Source: an uncultured Gammaproteobacteria bacterium (GTDB lineage Bacteria; Pseudomonadota; Gammaproteobacteria; Pseudomonadales; Pseudohongiellaceae). From it: a stretch of DNA of 64,000 bases. Shown here one piece after another: positions 18,037-27,257 of the stretch. The stretch lies in the NCBI GenBank assembly GCA_913048385.1, contig CAJWVZ010000005.1, forward strand, positions 54,268 to 118,267. The letters run 5' to 3'. The notes below the pieces were generated by a model, which was given only the letters and a program-made list of their open reading frames with translations, was not told where the DNA came from and did no database searches. Within the stretch, counting starts at the first letter, position 1, and the number at the start of each line of letters is the position of its first letter. The translations under genes and the position numbers were made by a program.

Positions 18037-19416
18037 TTATTCTCTCATTACCGATAACAACGCTTTCTCCTCTCTCCAAGAACCTCCGGCTAGACGCCAA
18101 ACGAAAAGTAATGCGATCGTTAATAACATTGCAACAAACGCGAGCCATGATGCTCGTGGCCCCCAATCAAATACACGAATAATCATATATTGAGCGATAA
18201 GTGCTACCCAGTGCGTTGTTGTGGAGGCGATTAGCAACCATTTTGTATCACCAGCACCTCTCAGAACTCCACCTGCAACTTGGATTGTCGCATCAACCAT
18301 TGCATAACTAGCCAACCCAACCATCATGAAACTAGCTAAAGAAAGTATTTCTGAAAAATCTCCACTCGGAGGCTCAAAAACAGAGACGAGGGCAAATCTA
18401 AAGCTGATATAAATAACAGCAATAACTCCAGAATACGAAAATGCAATTAGGAAGGCGGCACTTATTACCTGATTCGTCTGCTGCATATCGCGTGCACCTA
18501 CAAAGCGACCAATCATGCTTACCACCGCAATATTCAATCCCAGCATCGGAACAAATGACAAGAGATCCCAATTAAAAACGATTGCTGCAGATGCCCCTTC
18601 GACAATGCCATACCCTTGGAACATTAATAGGAACAAATTAAACGCTGCTACATTTAAAAAAAGCTCAAACCCAGCGGGGAAACCAAGACGAAGAAATCGT
18701 CTGAATACACCTCGATCATAATGCCAGGCGTCTCCTACTGAAAAATATCGGCGATGTTCTGATTCAAAATAAAATATAAAAAACAACAAAACAGAAATGA
18801 GGGTTGCTATTATCGTTGATAACGCTGCTCCCTCAATTCCAAGTGCCGGAAATCCTCTGAATCCGAAGACCATCAAATAACACAGGGGTACATTAACCAA
18901 CAAACCAATGACATCACAAATCATCACAACGCGTGGACGGTTTATCCCAGCAAAATAGGATGAAACACAAACTTTAACAAGACTGACAGGTGCGCCAAGC
19001 ATCAGAATTTCAAAATACCGTCGTTCAAGCTTTTCCTGGGTGGGGTCGTGACCCATCATTGCGAACATGTCTGAAACAAAATAAGTTATCACGGCCAGAA
19101 TAGGTAAACACCCAAGCGTCATGAGCAACCCTTGAGACAGGACTTTAGGACACTTAAATGGCTCCCCGGCTCCCAAATATTGAGCACTTAGTGCGTTGAT
19201 GTACGAAAACAAACCGGAAAAAAAACAAAAACTAAAGAAAAAAGCAACACCACCACCCAGAGCCGCTGCCATGTGGGTTGGATCAATTTGAGACATAAAA
19301 TAGCGGTCCGTAAAAATCATGACTGCAAAAGTACCTTGAGAAACCATCATCGGCAGAGCGATTCTTAATAGTTCACTAAACGTTTGCGAGTTGTAGTGGA
19401 ATTTTTGTAAGATCAT
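18037..19416 (-). CDS. MATE family multidrug/sodium efflux transporter
   Basis: 12-TM protein. N-terminus LLRIALPMMVSQG... is typical of NorM-like MATE. ATG 19416 chosen over the longer track start. Confidence 0.85.
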   Translation of the reverse strand: MILQKFHYNSQTFSELLRIALPMMVSQGTFAVMIFTDRYFMSQIDPTHMAAALGGGVAFFFSFCFFSGLFSYINALSAQYLGAGEPFKCPKVLSQGLLMTLGCLPILAVITYFVSDMFAMMGHDPTQEKLERRYFEILMLGAPVSLVKVCVSSYFAGINRPRVVMICDVIGLLVNVPLCYLMVFGFRGFPALGIEGAALSTIIATLISVLLFFIFYFESEHRRYFSVGDAWHYDRGVFRRFLRLGFPAGFELFLNVAAFNLFLLMFQGYGIVEGASAAIVFNWDLLSFVPMLGLNIAVVSMIGRFVGARDMQQTNQVISAAFLIAFSYSGVIAVIYISFRFALVSVFEPPSGDFSEILSLASFMMVGLASYAMVDATIQVAGGVLRGAGDTKWLLIASTTTHWVALIAQYMIIRVFDWGPRASWLAFVAMLLTIALLFVWRLAGGSWREEKALLSVMRE

Positions 19417-19606
19417 AATAGTGTCGTAAAGATCGCATCGAGAGCAAAAGCTAGGCAAAAAAACGTGCTTGATGTTATGTTAACGACGGTAGGTAGGCAA
19501 GCAAGCATTCGAAACTAGGACGACGTAAGATTTTTCTGCTCAATTTGTTGATTTAAAAACTGTCGTTCTCAAGATTATTTTATCAAACTCTTTCGAGGAT
19601 CTCACG

Positions 19607-20122
19607 ATGAAGCAATTAATTTCTCAGATACAGCCTTACCTAAAGCTTCTCATAAGCGTTTTTTTTATAGCGAGCTGGCTGGGTCAAGTGTTTGCACAGC
19701 CCAGCGCTAAAGATACCTTCGAAGTCCATAAAGAAATCACATGCGGTTGCTGTGTTGGCTGGATTGAGCACATGGACAACCATGGATTTACCTCCAAAAT
19801 TTCACACCCGAAAGACCTGAACTCGGTCAAAAGCGAATTAGGAGTATTACCAAAGTGGCAATCTTGTCACACCGCTGTTAGCAGAGACGGATATATATTT
19901 GAGGGCCACATACCTGCCAAATTTATCGAAGCTTTTTTATCAGCACCGCCGGAAAACACATTAGGTTTGGCGGTTCCTGGAATGCCACTCGGCAGCCCAG
20001 GTATGGAAATAGGCCAAAGGTTTACGCCATACGACATAATTTTGATGCATAAGGACGGAAGTTCAAGTGTTTTTGCTCGTGTCCAAAGCGCTCTTGATCA
20101 GCTTACTGCATCTAATCAATAG
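19607..20122 (+). CDS. DUF411 (CopG-like) periplasmic metal-binding protein
   Basis: Signal peptide. CGCCVGWIEHM and WQSCHTA motifs, GMPLGSPGME. Confidence 0.75.
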   Translation: MKQLISQIQPYLKLLISVFFIASWLGQVFAQPSAKDTFEVHKEITCGCCVGWIEHMDNHGFTSKISHPKDLNSVKSELGVLPKWQSCHTAVSRDGYIFEGHIPAKFIEAFLSAPPENTLGLAVPGMPLGSPGMEIGQRFTPYDIILMHKDGSSSVFARVQSALDQLTASNQ

Positions 20123-20537
20123 TTTTATTGATAATAAAAGTAGCAGTGGCCCGAGCGACCAAGCGAGCTTGATCAAAGTCAGTTGTATCATCATCAACGA
20201 TAATTATTTCTACGCGATGAAGTCTTTTCCCCGCATGAAGCAGGGTAGCTTTGGCACTTACGCAAAAATTTAGGGGACTCTGAATATACGCTATACTCAG
20301 ATCAGTGGTCGCAGACACCGAATGTTCAGGACGATTTGCGCGCACGACAAGCCCAGCAGCCGTGTCTGCTAATGACGATAACGCACCTCCGTGCACCCGC
20401 CCACCGGCATTGAAATGGTCTGAACTTAGCTTCATTCGACAAACAGCTGCAGTATCGTCACTCGCGATCTGCTCGATTCCAAGAAAATCTCCAAATGGGC
20501 TCAATCGATAATCAGTAGCAGAAATAGTTTCGTCCAT
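20112..20537 (-). CDS. PaaI-family hotdog-fold thioesterase
   Basis: NAGGRVHGGALSSLADTAAG motif. Its start codon overlaps the stop of the upstream rhodanese gene (TGATG). Confidence 0.75.
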   Translation of the reverse strand: MDETISATDYRLSPFGDFLGIEQIASDDTAAVCRMKLSSDHFNAGGRVHGGALSSLADTAAGLVVRANRPEHSVSATTDLSIAYIQSPLNFCVSAKATLLHAGKRLHRVEIIIVDDDTTDFDQARLVARATATFIINKTID

Positions 20538-21544
20538 CAGCCTTTTCTCTTTGTTTTAAGATGTCCGCGCTGCTGATTCTTAAATTCTATTTTTTCTAAT
20601 CTACGCGAACTTATGACCCCTTCCATCGCTTGACCGATATGGGATTCACCGCGCGACTCAGCTATGCGCACTTGATGTTCGCGCTCGGCAAATCGTTCTA
20701 CTTGTTCTGCACTACTCTTTGCAAAACAATAGTGGCAACTCACACCGCTTCGATATTCTTTCTTTTGTTTATCAGATTCAGTAATTGGCATTCTGCATGC
20801 GTGACATTGATCGTAATTTCCCTGTTCCAACTTATGATTTACAGTAACTCTGTTATCAAAAACGAAGCACTCACCTTCCCATTTACTTTCCGCTTCAGGC
20901 ACATCCTCTAGATACTTTAAGATTCCACCCCTTAGGTGGTAAACCTCCTGGAAACCCTGTTGTTTAAGATAGGCTGTCGATTTTTCACAACGGATACCTC
21001 CGGTGCAAAACATCGCAATTTTCTTATGCTTATTCGGATCGAGCTTTCTCGAAACATACTCGGGAAATTCGCGAAAAGATTCTGTTTCTGGATTAATTGC
21101 TCTTTGAAAGCTACCAATCTCTACTTCGTACTGATTCCGTGTATCGAGCAAAAGTACTTCTGGATCATCGATCAGCTCGTTCCAATCCCTAGGTTCAACA
21201 TAAGTCCCCGAAATATGACGAGGATCTAAATCGTTAACTCCCATTGTAACAATTTCTTTTTTTACTTTTACTTTTGTCCGATAAAAAGGATTTAAATCTA
21301 CATACGACTCTTTCTTTTCGAGCGGCTTAAGGCGAGCATCAAGAGCAAGCCATTCGATTACCTTGTCAGTTCCTAGACGAGAGCCCGCGATGGTCCCGTT
21401 TATCCCTTCATTCGCAAGCAACAAGGTTCCACGTACCTGATTAGCAATCATTACTTCATAAAGCGGCTCTCTAAAGTCACGGAAATCATGGAAATCAGCA
21501 AAACGATAGAGCGCAATTACGACGACCCTGCCGGAATTTTTCAT
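20537..21544 (-). CDS. trhO: rhodanese-domain protein UPF0176/YceA (tRNA uridine(34) hydroxylase TrhO)
   Basis: N-terminal YRF..., rhodanese active-site loop [12 protein letters not shown] and a C-terminal Cys-rich CHACR...CHYCF. Confidence 0.8.
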   Translation of the reverse strand: MKNSGRVVVIALYRFADFHDFRDFREPLYEVMIANQVRGTLLLANEGINGTIAGSRLGTDKVIEWLALDARLKPLEKKESYVDLNPFYRTKVKVKKEIVTMGVNDLDPRHISGTYVEPRDWNELIDDPEVLLLDTRNQYEVEIGSFQRAINPETESFREFPEYVSRKLDPNKHKKIAMFCTGGIRCEKSTAYLKQQGFQEVYHLRGGILKYLEDVPEAESKWEGECFVFDNRVTVNHKLEQGNYDQCHACRMPITESDKQKKEYRSGVSCHYCFAKSSAEQVERFAEREHQVRIAESRGESHIGQAMEGVISSRRLEKIEFKNQQRGHLKTKRKG

Positions 21545-21653
21545 ACTATTCCTTGACGTTTTTTTTGCATTAATTCACTAGTAATATAAAAACAGTTTTT
21601 TAAGATATCAGTTTCAAAACATCAAAAGCACCAATGGCATCTTTGAAATCTTT

Positions 21654-22526
21654 TTATTTAACACTAACTTCTCGATTTAAATCCGCACCCCAATCCGTCC
21701 AAGATCCATCATATATAGATAAGTTACTAAACCCCGCAAGGTATGCGCCAAAAAGTAAAACACAAGCAGTCAGCCCTGACCCACAAGTGAACATGATCCT
21801 ATGATCAAGGTCCCTAAAATTTTCAAAAATTTTTCTCAGGGCTTCAGAGTCTTTCATATACCCATTGTCTAACACGATAGGAAACGGCAAATTTTTCGAG
21901 CCCGGAATATGCCCGCCTCTCACTCCTGCTCTCGGTTCTGGTGCTTTTGCGTAAAATCTGTCGGGCGAACGCGCGTCAAGAACAGAGTTTTCTTTCTGAT
22001 CACGAAGAGTTTCGGCAACTATATCGGCGTTAACAAAAGACCCCTCTTGCGGCCGTGCAATGAAATTTCCAATTTCGTTAGCAGCTACCCCATGCTGTCT
22101 TTCATGTGATTCACTGACTGACAGGCCCGCTTCTAACCAAGCAGGCAACCCACCGTCAAGAACCGCAACATCCTTGTGCCCCATCGCCCGGATCATCCAC
22201 CAGACTCGCGGGCTTGAATAAACACCAACATCATCATAAACCACGATTAGTGAATCTTCATTAATACCAAGAGACCTGAACTCTGTTTCAAATTGACTGA
22301 CCGTTGGCATCATATGCGGAAGATCACTTTCTAAGTCAGAAAAGCGATTTTCTAAATCAAAAAACAGAGCTCTCGGTATCAACATATTACGCTCGCTTGA
22401 GCCATTTACGGATATAAACCCAGGGACAACTGGCTTCACTGACGCATCGAGAACAATTAGATTTGGGTCATCTATATGAGAATGTAACCAGGTAACATCA
22501 ACCAAAGCGGACAAATAATTTTTCAT
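21654..22526 (-). CDS. sseA: 3-mercaptopyruvate sulfurtransferase (tandem rhodanese)
   Basis: Two rhodanese domains. Active-site loop FTCGSGLTAC (CG[ST]GxTA) and GHIPGS motif. Confidence 0.8.
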   Translation of the reverse strand: MKNYLSALVDVTWLHSHIDDPNLIVLDASVKPVVPGFISVNGSSERNMLIPRALFFDLENRFSDLESDLPHMMPTVSQFETEFRSLGINEDSLIVVYDDVGVYSSPRVWWMIRAMGHKDVAVLDGGLPAWLEAGLSVSESHERQHGVAANEIGNFIARPQEGSFVNADIVAETLRDQKENSVLDARSPDRFYAKAPEPRAGVRGGHIPGSKNLPFPIVLDNGYMKDSEALRKIFENFRDLDHRIMFTCGSGLTACVLLFGAYLAGFSNLSIYDGSWTDWGADLNREVSVK

Positions 22527-22549
22527 CTAAAAACCCGCAAAAAAAAATT

Positions 22550-23401
22550 TTATAACTGGTCTGCAATCGATTTCAATTTGCTTTGCAGCCGCAATAGATT
22601 TTTGGGACCAAGGCGGGTCAACAACTTATCAAGGTCCGGCAAATCTTCGATACGCGAGTCTGCATACAAGTACATTACAGAGGGTTTAACTAATTGAAGG
22701 GGTAATTCTTCTGAATTCACTGCAACTATTCTTGAAATTGCATCGAGAACTGCTGCATCAAATGAATCTCCATCATAGCCAAGCTCTGAGTAAGCCCTCC
22801 TCATCAACGGACTAAAGAGTCGATAAAGCGCAGTCAATTCTGACCCATCAAACCCGATTAAAGCATCGACAACTTTGTCGAACCGAGTAAAACTAGCCTC
22901 CTCCATTTGGTAAAAGTCGCGATCAATTTCCGATACTATAATTTCACTGCCAACCGGCTTATAAGGGAGACCACTCTGAGGAATTTCTCCGCGCGTCATA
23001 TTCTCAATAAGTGTTACTGCCTTGCGAATAATTTGGTCATCGACCAAAAAGCTGAGAAGCATCTCTCCTCCTCTGAAGTCGGATAAACGAGACAGCACAA
23101 ATTCATCGCTATCGTTCAATCGAGGCAACTGAATTTCGCTAGCTAAAGGTTCTTTCACAGGACTTTCCATCACCACTTCTTCTGCTGGCGGAGCGACTGA
23201 CGCAGGCTGTGCTCTGGCCGCAGGGCTTTGGGTTGTGATTTCAGGACGTAAATTCGTTGGCGCAACCACGATCGGGTTGGGCATCGGAAGGGTAATCGTG
23301 GTTGTTTGCGAAGGAGCTTCAAAATTTATCGCAAGATAAACTAGGTAGAGAAACGTAACTATTGCGACCCCCGCAATCGCAAAGACTCCCGACTTTTTCA
23401 T
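22550..23401 (-). CDS. DUF3014-like membrane-anchored protein
   Basis: GGAG sits 7 nt before ATG 23401. One N-terminal TM helix, then LPRLNDSDEFVLSRL..., as I recall for DUF3014. Confidence 0.45.
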   Translation of the reverse strand: MKKSGVFAIAGVAIVTFLYLVYLAINFEAPSQTTTITLPMPNPIVVAPTNLRPEITTQSPAARAQPASVAPPAEEVVMESPVKEPLASEIQLPRLNDSDEFVLSRLSDFRGGEMLLSFLVDDQIIRKAVTLIENMTRGEIPQSGLPYKPVGSEIIVSEIDRDFYQMEEASFTRFDKVVDALIGFDGSELTALYRLFSPLMRRAYSELGYDGDSFDAAVLDAISRIVAVNSEELPLQLVKPSVMYLYADSRIEDLPDLDKLLTRLGPKNLLRLQSKLKSIADQL

Positions 23402-23540
23402 AACAGACTCCAAAGAGATTCATTTTGTCATAGCAATAAGACACTAACAACTCAGAAGGCATACTTTATGCCAGGCTGTTATCCATCCAGCTGAAGGGTA
23501 AGTTTCACATTGTGTCGGAGCAAGCAAAGAAGCAGCGAGC

Positions 23541-23568
23541 AAAAAAAAGGACCTACGGGTCCTTTTTT
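23541..23568. terminator. rho-independent terminator downstream of the peroxiredoxin gene
   Basis: aaaaaaaa-GGACC-tacg-GGTCC-tttttt, about 20 nt downstream of the 23586 stop (- strand). A and T runs on both sides. Confidence 0.65.
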
Positions 23569-23585
23569 CTACAAACTAGCAAAAA

Positions 23586-24128
23586 CTAAATTTTTGGGAA
23601 CCCCAGTTCCTCCATAGTTCGCGTCAGGTCTCTTCCTGCAGTAGCAGGTTTAGTTTCCTTATCAATTTTCAAGATGGTGCCGTCAACGTCTATGTAGTAC
23701 GTCCAACGACGGGCAAAACCGGCTGACATCAACACGCCGTAATCCTTCGTCATCCTCTTCTCTGGGTCGGAGAGAATCGGAAATCCGGCCTGATGTTCCT
23801 CAGCGAACGCTGTATTTTCTTCCAACGTGTCAACACTCGCCATAAAATAGGCAACGTCAAAACTTTGAATTTCTCTAGCACTGTCACGCAGCGCTTTGCA
23901 TTGCATTGTTCAACCGCCAGTAAAAGCTTTCGGAAAGAAAGCAATCACTACCGGCCTTACTCCGGTAAATTCTGATAAAGAATAAGTTTTCCCATCTGAG
24001 CTCTGTAGGCTAAAATCAGGCGCTTTATCTCCTTCTTCTATGCCCATGGCGTACCCTCCTGCGAAGAAAAGTAATACAGCAAAGATCGACGACAATACAG
24101 GCACGTTCTTTTTATAAAAGTGGCGCAT
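23586..24128 (-). CDS. exported peroxiredoxin (Bcp/PrxQ-like) with an in-frame UGA at the peroxidatic position; predicted selenocysteine-containing, 180 aa
   Basis: Track ORFs 23910..24128 and 23586..23906 are in the same frame, separated only by TGA (23910-23912) plus ACA. Read-through gives ...VVIAFFPKAFTGG[U]TMQCKALRD..., recreating PxxxTxxC with TGA at the Cys. GGAG RBS before ATG 24128. Hairpin lies 14 nt after the TGA. Confidence 0.75.
23877..23895 (-). promoter_or_regulatory. candidate bacterial SECIS hairpin
   Basis: mRNA reads UGA-ACAAUGCAAUGCAA-AGCGCUG-CGUGA-CAGUGCU. It has a 7-bp stem (one G-U) and a 5-nt apical loop with G at position 2. The loop starts 21 nt after the UGA. Confidence 0.45.
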
Positions 24129-24453
24129 TTTTCATCTCCGTTTAAAAGTCGAAACCAGTCGTAAAACTGATGACATATTGAACCTTTTATTGACAAGAAT
24201 TTCCACAAAATTTTAAAATGAAACTTAATGCGATCTAAGTCTGTTTTACACTCTCTAAAAATCACAAACTGCCTTACGAAATCTTTCTGAAACTTTATTA
24301 AGCAAAAGAATATGGGATTTTAAGCAGTTTTGCCTTAAGCACCAAGTGAAGCACCTGCCGACAAGACGTTAAGAACCCTCGCAATAAAAACAAAAACACA
24401 ATGCAACTGAGTCCATGCTTGCGAACAGCTTCACTCAATTTTAAAAACCCTTA

Positions 24454-25506
24454 TCAATTTGATGGAAAAGCAACCAAATGCTCTATATCAAGACGAATTC
24501 CCATCGGCTCACCGATGCCATGATCATGGTGGCTTGGAGCCAAACTCAAAATGCGAGTGCCACTTTCCAACTCGAGGGTATAAAGAAATACAGCTCCTCT
24601 GAATGCCTTGTCTACAATTTTTGCTTTCACTAAACTCTCATCATCATGGAAAACGTCGTCAGGTCTTAAAAGGAGCGAAATCCGTTCGGTGCCAGGCAAG
24701 CGGAAATCTTCAATCTCCCTCGTGTCAATCTGTCCCAATTCGGTTTCCACGACATGATCGTTTCGCACAACCCCCTTAATCAAAACACCTTCCCCAACAA
24801 AATCCGCTACCTCTAAGGATGCTGGTGTGTGATAAAGATTGAAAGGACTATCCCACTGCAGCAATCTTCCCTCTTTTAAAACTCCGACTTCGTCGGCCAT
24901 CGCAAAGGCTTCAAATTGATTATGACTAACTAGAACAGCAGTAATTCCCTCTGTCTTCAGCACAGTTCTTATTTCACGTGCGAGCTGCTCCCTCAATTCA
25001 ACATCGAGACTTGAAAACGGCTCGTCTAAGAGCAAGACATCCGGTCGAGGAGCCATCGCCCGAGCAATTGCGACACGTTGCTGCTGCCCTCCGGACATCC
25101 TATGTGGGTATTCAAAAAGGTAATCATCAATCTCTAAAAGACTCGCTATTTCCTCAATTCTTTTAACACTGGCCGATTTTGCCCAACCCTCCAGCCCAAA
25201 ACCAATATTCTGCGAAACAGTTAAATGAGGGAAAAGGGAATGGTCTTGGAACACCATGCCCACTCGCCTTTTTTCAATGGCCAGCATCCCTCTTGGATCA
25301 CTGACAACAGCGCCTCTCAAAGAAATTTCTCCGCCGGTCAAAGGCTCGAAACCCGCAACAGCTCGAAGGAGTGTTGTTTTCCCACAACCGCTCGCACCAA
25401 GAAGGCATCCGATAGCACCCTGATGAAGACCAAAGGAAACGGCGTTCACGATAGGGTTTCCACCTAAATGCACACAGACTTCCCTAAGCTCTAATGATTT
25501 CGTCAT
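24454..25506 (-). CDS. ABC transporter ATP-binding protein (ferric / FbpC-like with C-terminal TOBE-type domain)
   Basis: Walker A GASGCGKTT, signature MSGGQQQRVAIARA, Walker B LLLDEPFSSLD and a C-terminal extension of about 110 aa. Confidence 0.85.
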   Translation of the reverse strand: MTKSLELREVCVHLGGNPIVNAVSFGLHQGAIGCLLGASGCGKTTLLRAVAGFEPLTGGEISLRGAVVSDPRGMLAIEKRRVGMVFQDHSLFPHLTVSQNIGFGLEGWAKSASVKRIEEIASLLEIDDYLFEYPHRMSGGQQQRVAIARAMAPRPDVLLLDEPFSSLDVELREQLAREIRTVLKTEGITAVLVSHNQFEAFAMADEVGVLKEGRLLQWDSPFNLYHTPASLEVADFVGEGVLIKGVVRNDHVVETELGQIDTREIEDFRLPGTERISLLLRPDDVFHDDESLVKAKIVDKAFRGAVFLYTLELESGTRILSLAPSHHDHGIGEPMGIRLDIEHLVAFPSN

Positions 25507-27217
25507 TTCTATAATTAGATTTAGCCATTGATTTACTTAAAAGGATAACAGGAATAATACTAACTAACACAATTGTAAGAGCCGGAACTGCAGCTTCCGC
25601 TAAACGCTCTTCATTTGCTAACTCATAGGTTCGAACAGCCAGCGTATTAAAGTTGAACGGTCTAAGTAACAGCGTAGCCGGCAGCTCCTTCAAAACATCA
25701 ACAAAAACTAACAAAACCGCCGTCAAAAGTGATCCTCGAAGAATAGGAATATGAATTCTGCGAAGCATGGTTAAAGGAGTTCTACCCATACTCCGACCCG
25801 CCTCATCCATGGAAGGTTTTATCTTTGCGAGCCCAGAATCAACAGAATTGATAGCAATGGGCAAAAACCGAACAAGATAAGCAAAGATCAATATAAATAT
25901 AGAGCCACTTAGAATTAATCCCATATTAAAGTTGAAGTTTTTCAAGGTAAATGTGCTTATTTCATTATCTAGCCACGCGAATGGAATTAACACTCCTAGA
26001 CCTATTACGACGCCGGGAATTGCATATCCAAGTGACAAGATTTTAATAGCGGTTTCATTTAAAAACCCTCCGAATAATCTTTTAGCGTAAGTAACGAAAA
26101 GAGCCAGCATCAGTGCAAAAAATGCTGTCAGAAAAGCCAAAATCAAGCTGTTCAAACTCAACTGGAAAAAGCTTGCATTGAATATGTTCTCAAATGTCAA
26201 TAAAGCCCAAGCTGCCAATTGCCCAAAGGGAATTACAAAACCAAAAACTACTGGGGCAACACAAACAAAATAGCAAAGGACGAGCCGACCACCTCGCAAC
26301 CTTTCTCTCGATGCGGGCCGGCGATAAACAGCTTCAAAAACTGCTGACTTGCGCCGGGAATATCCCTCAAGCAAGAGCAAGCTTAAAACAAAGACCATTA
26401 ACAGCGCCGCTAGCTGAGTTGCTCCGACGCTGCTTCCAAGACCGTTGAAAGTTCTATAAATACCCGTAGTAAAAGTCGGAATCCCAAAATACTGTACCGT
26501 ACCGTAATCCGCCAAAGTCTCCATAAGAGCTATACTTAGCCCAACCACTATCGCAGGCCGAGCAAGGGGTAATCCAACTTGAGTGAAAGCCTTAAACGGA
26601 CTGCAACCAAGACTCCGCGCAGCTTCCAACGCCGATGCCGATTGCTCTAAAAAAGCAGCACGTGCCAAAAGGTAGACATACGGGTAAAAAACAAGCGACA
26701 ACATTACTATTGCACCAAGCAACGATCTCACCTCAGGGAACCAATAATCGCCATATCGGATATCAAAACTTTCTCTGAGCAAACTCTGCAAAGGTCCGGC
26801 AACGTCAAGGAGACCCGTGTAAGTATAAGCTATGATATATGCCGGAATAGCGAGAGGCATAAGCAAAGCCCATTCCAGAATGGATCGACCTGGGAAGCGA
26901 TAAAATGTCACAAGCCAAGCTGGAAGAATACCAACTGACAGCACCCCAATGCTGACCCCAGTCATCAATAACAACGAATTCGAGATGTAAATCCCAAGAA
27001 CCGTATCGATCAGATGCTGCCAAACATCTTCACTCGGAAAAAAAATAGACGCGAAAATAACGATAATCGGCAGAGCGATTACGAGACATAACAACCAGAC
27101 ACAGACCGACCAAAGGCTTGCTTTCGAAGACAATGCCCTATGGCTCTTTCCAATAATCTTTGCTGACTCACCACTTGGGTTTGAAATTCTCATTGATAAG
27201 ATTATCTCATCAGACAC
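25484..27217 (-). CDS. ABC transporter permease, duplicated two-domain type (FbpB-like)
   Basis: 577 aa with about 12 TM helices and two MetI-like halves. Overlaps the ATPase gene by 23 nt. Confidence 0.8.
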   Translation of the reverse strand: MSDEIILSMRISNPSGESAKIIGKSHRALSSKASLWSVCVWLLCLVIALPIIVIFASIFFPSEDVWQHLIDTVLGIYISNSLLLMTGVSIGVLSVGILPAWLVTFYRFPGRSILEWALLMPLAIPAYIIAYTYTGLLDVAGPLQSLLRESFDIRYGDYWFPEVRSLLGAIVMLSLVFYPYVYLLARAAFLEQSASALEAARSLGCSPFKAFTQVGLPLARPAIVVGLSIALMETLADYGTVQYFGIPTFTTGIYRTFNGLGSSVGATQLAALLMVFVLSLLLLEGYSRRKSAVFEAVYRRPASRERLRGGRLVLCYFVCVAPVVFGFVIPFGQLAAWALLTFENIFNASFFQLSLNSLILAFLTAFFALMLALFVTYAKRLFGGFLNETAIKILSLGYAIPGVVIGLGVLIPFAWLDNEISTFTLKNFNFNMGLILSGSIFILIFAYLVRFLPIAINSVDSGLAKIKPSMDEAGRSMGRTPLTMLRRIHIPILRGSLLTAVLLVFVDVLKELPATLLLRPFNFNTLAVRTYELANEERLAEAAVPALTIVLVSIIPVILLSKSMAKSNYRNDEIIRA

Positions 27218-27257
27218 AATCTAATCAAAGCGCTCGTTTATTCAAACCATCAGAACA

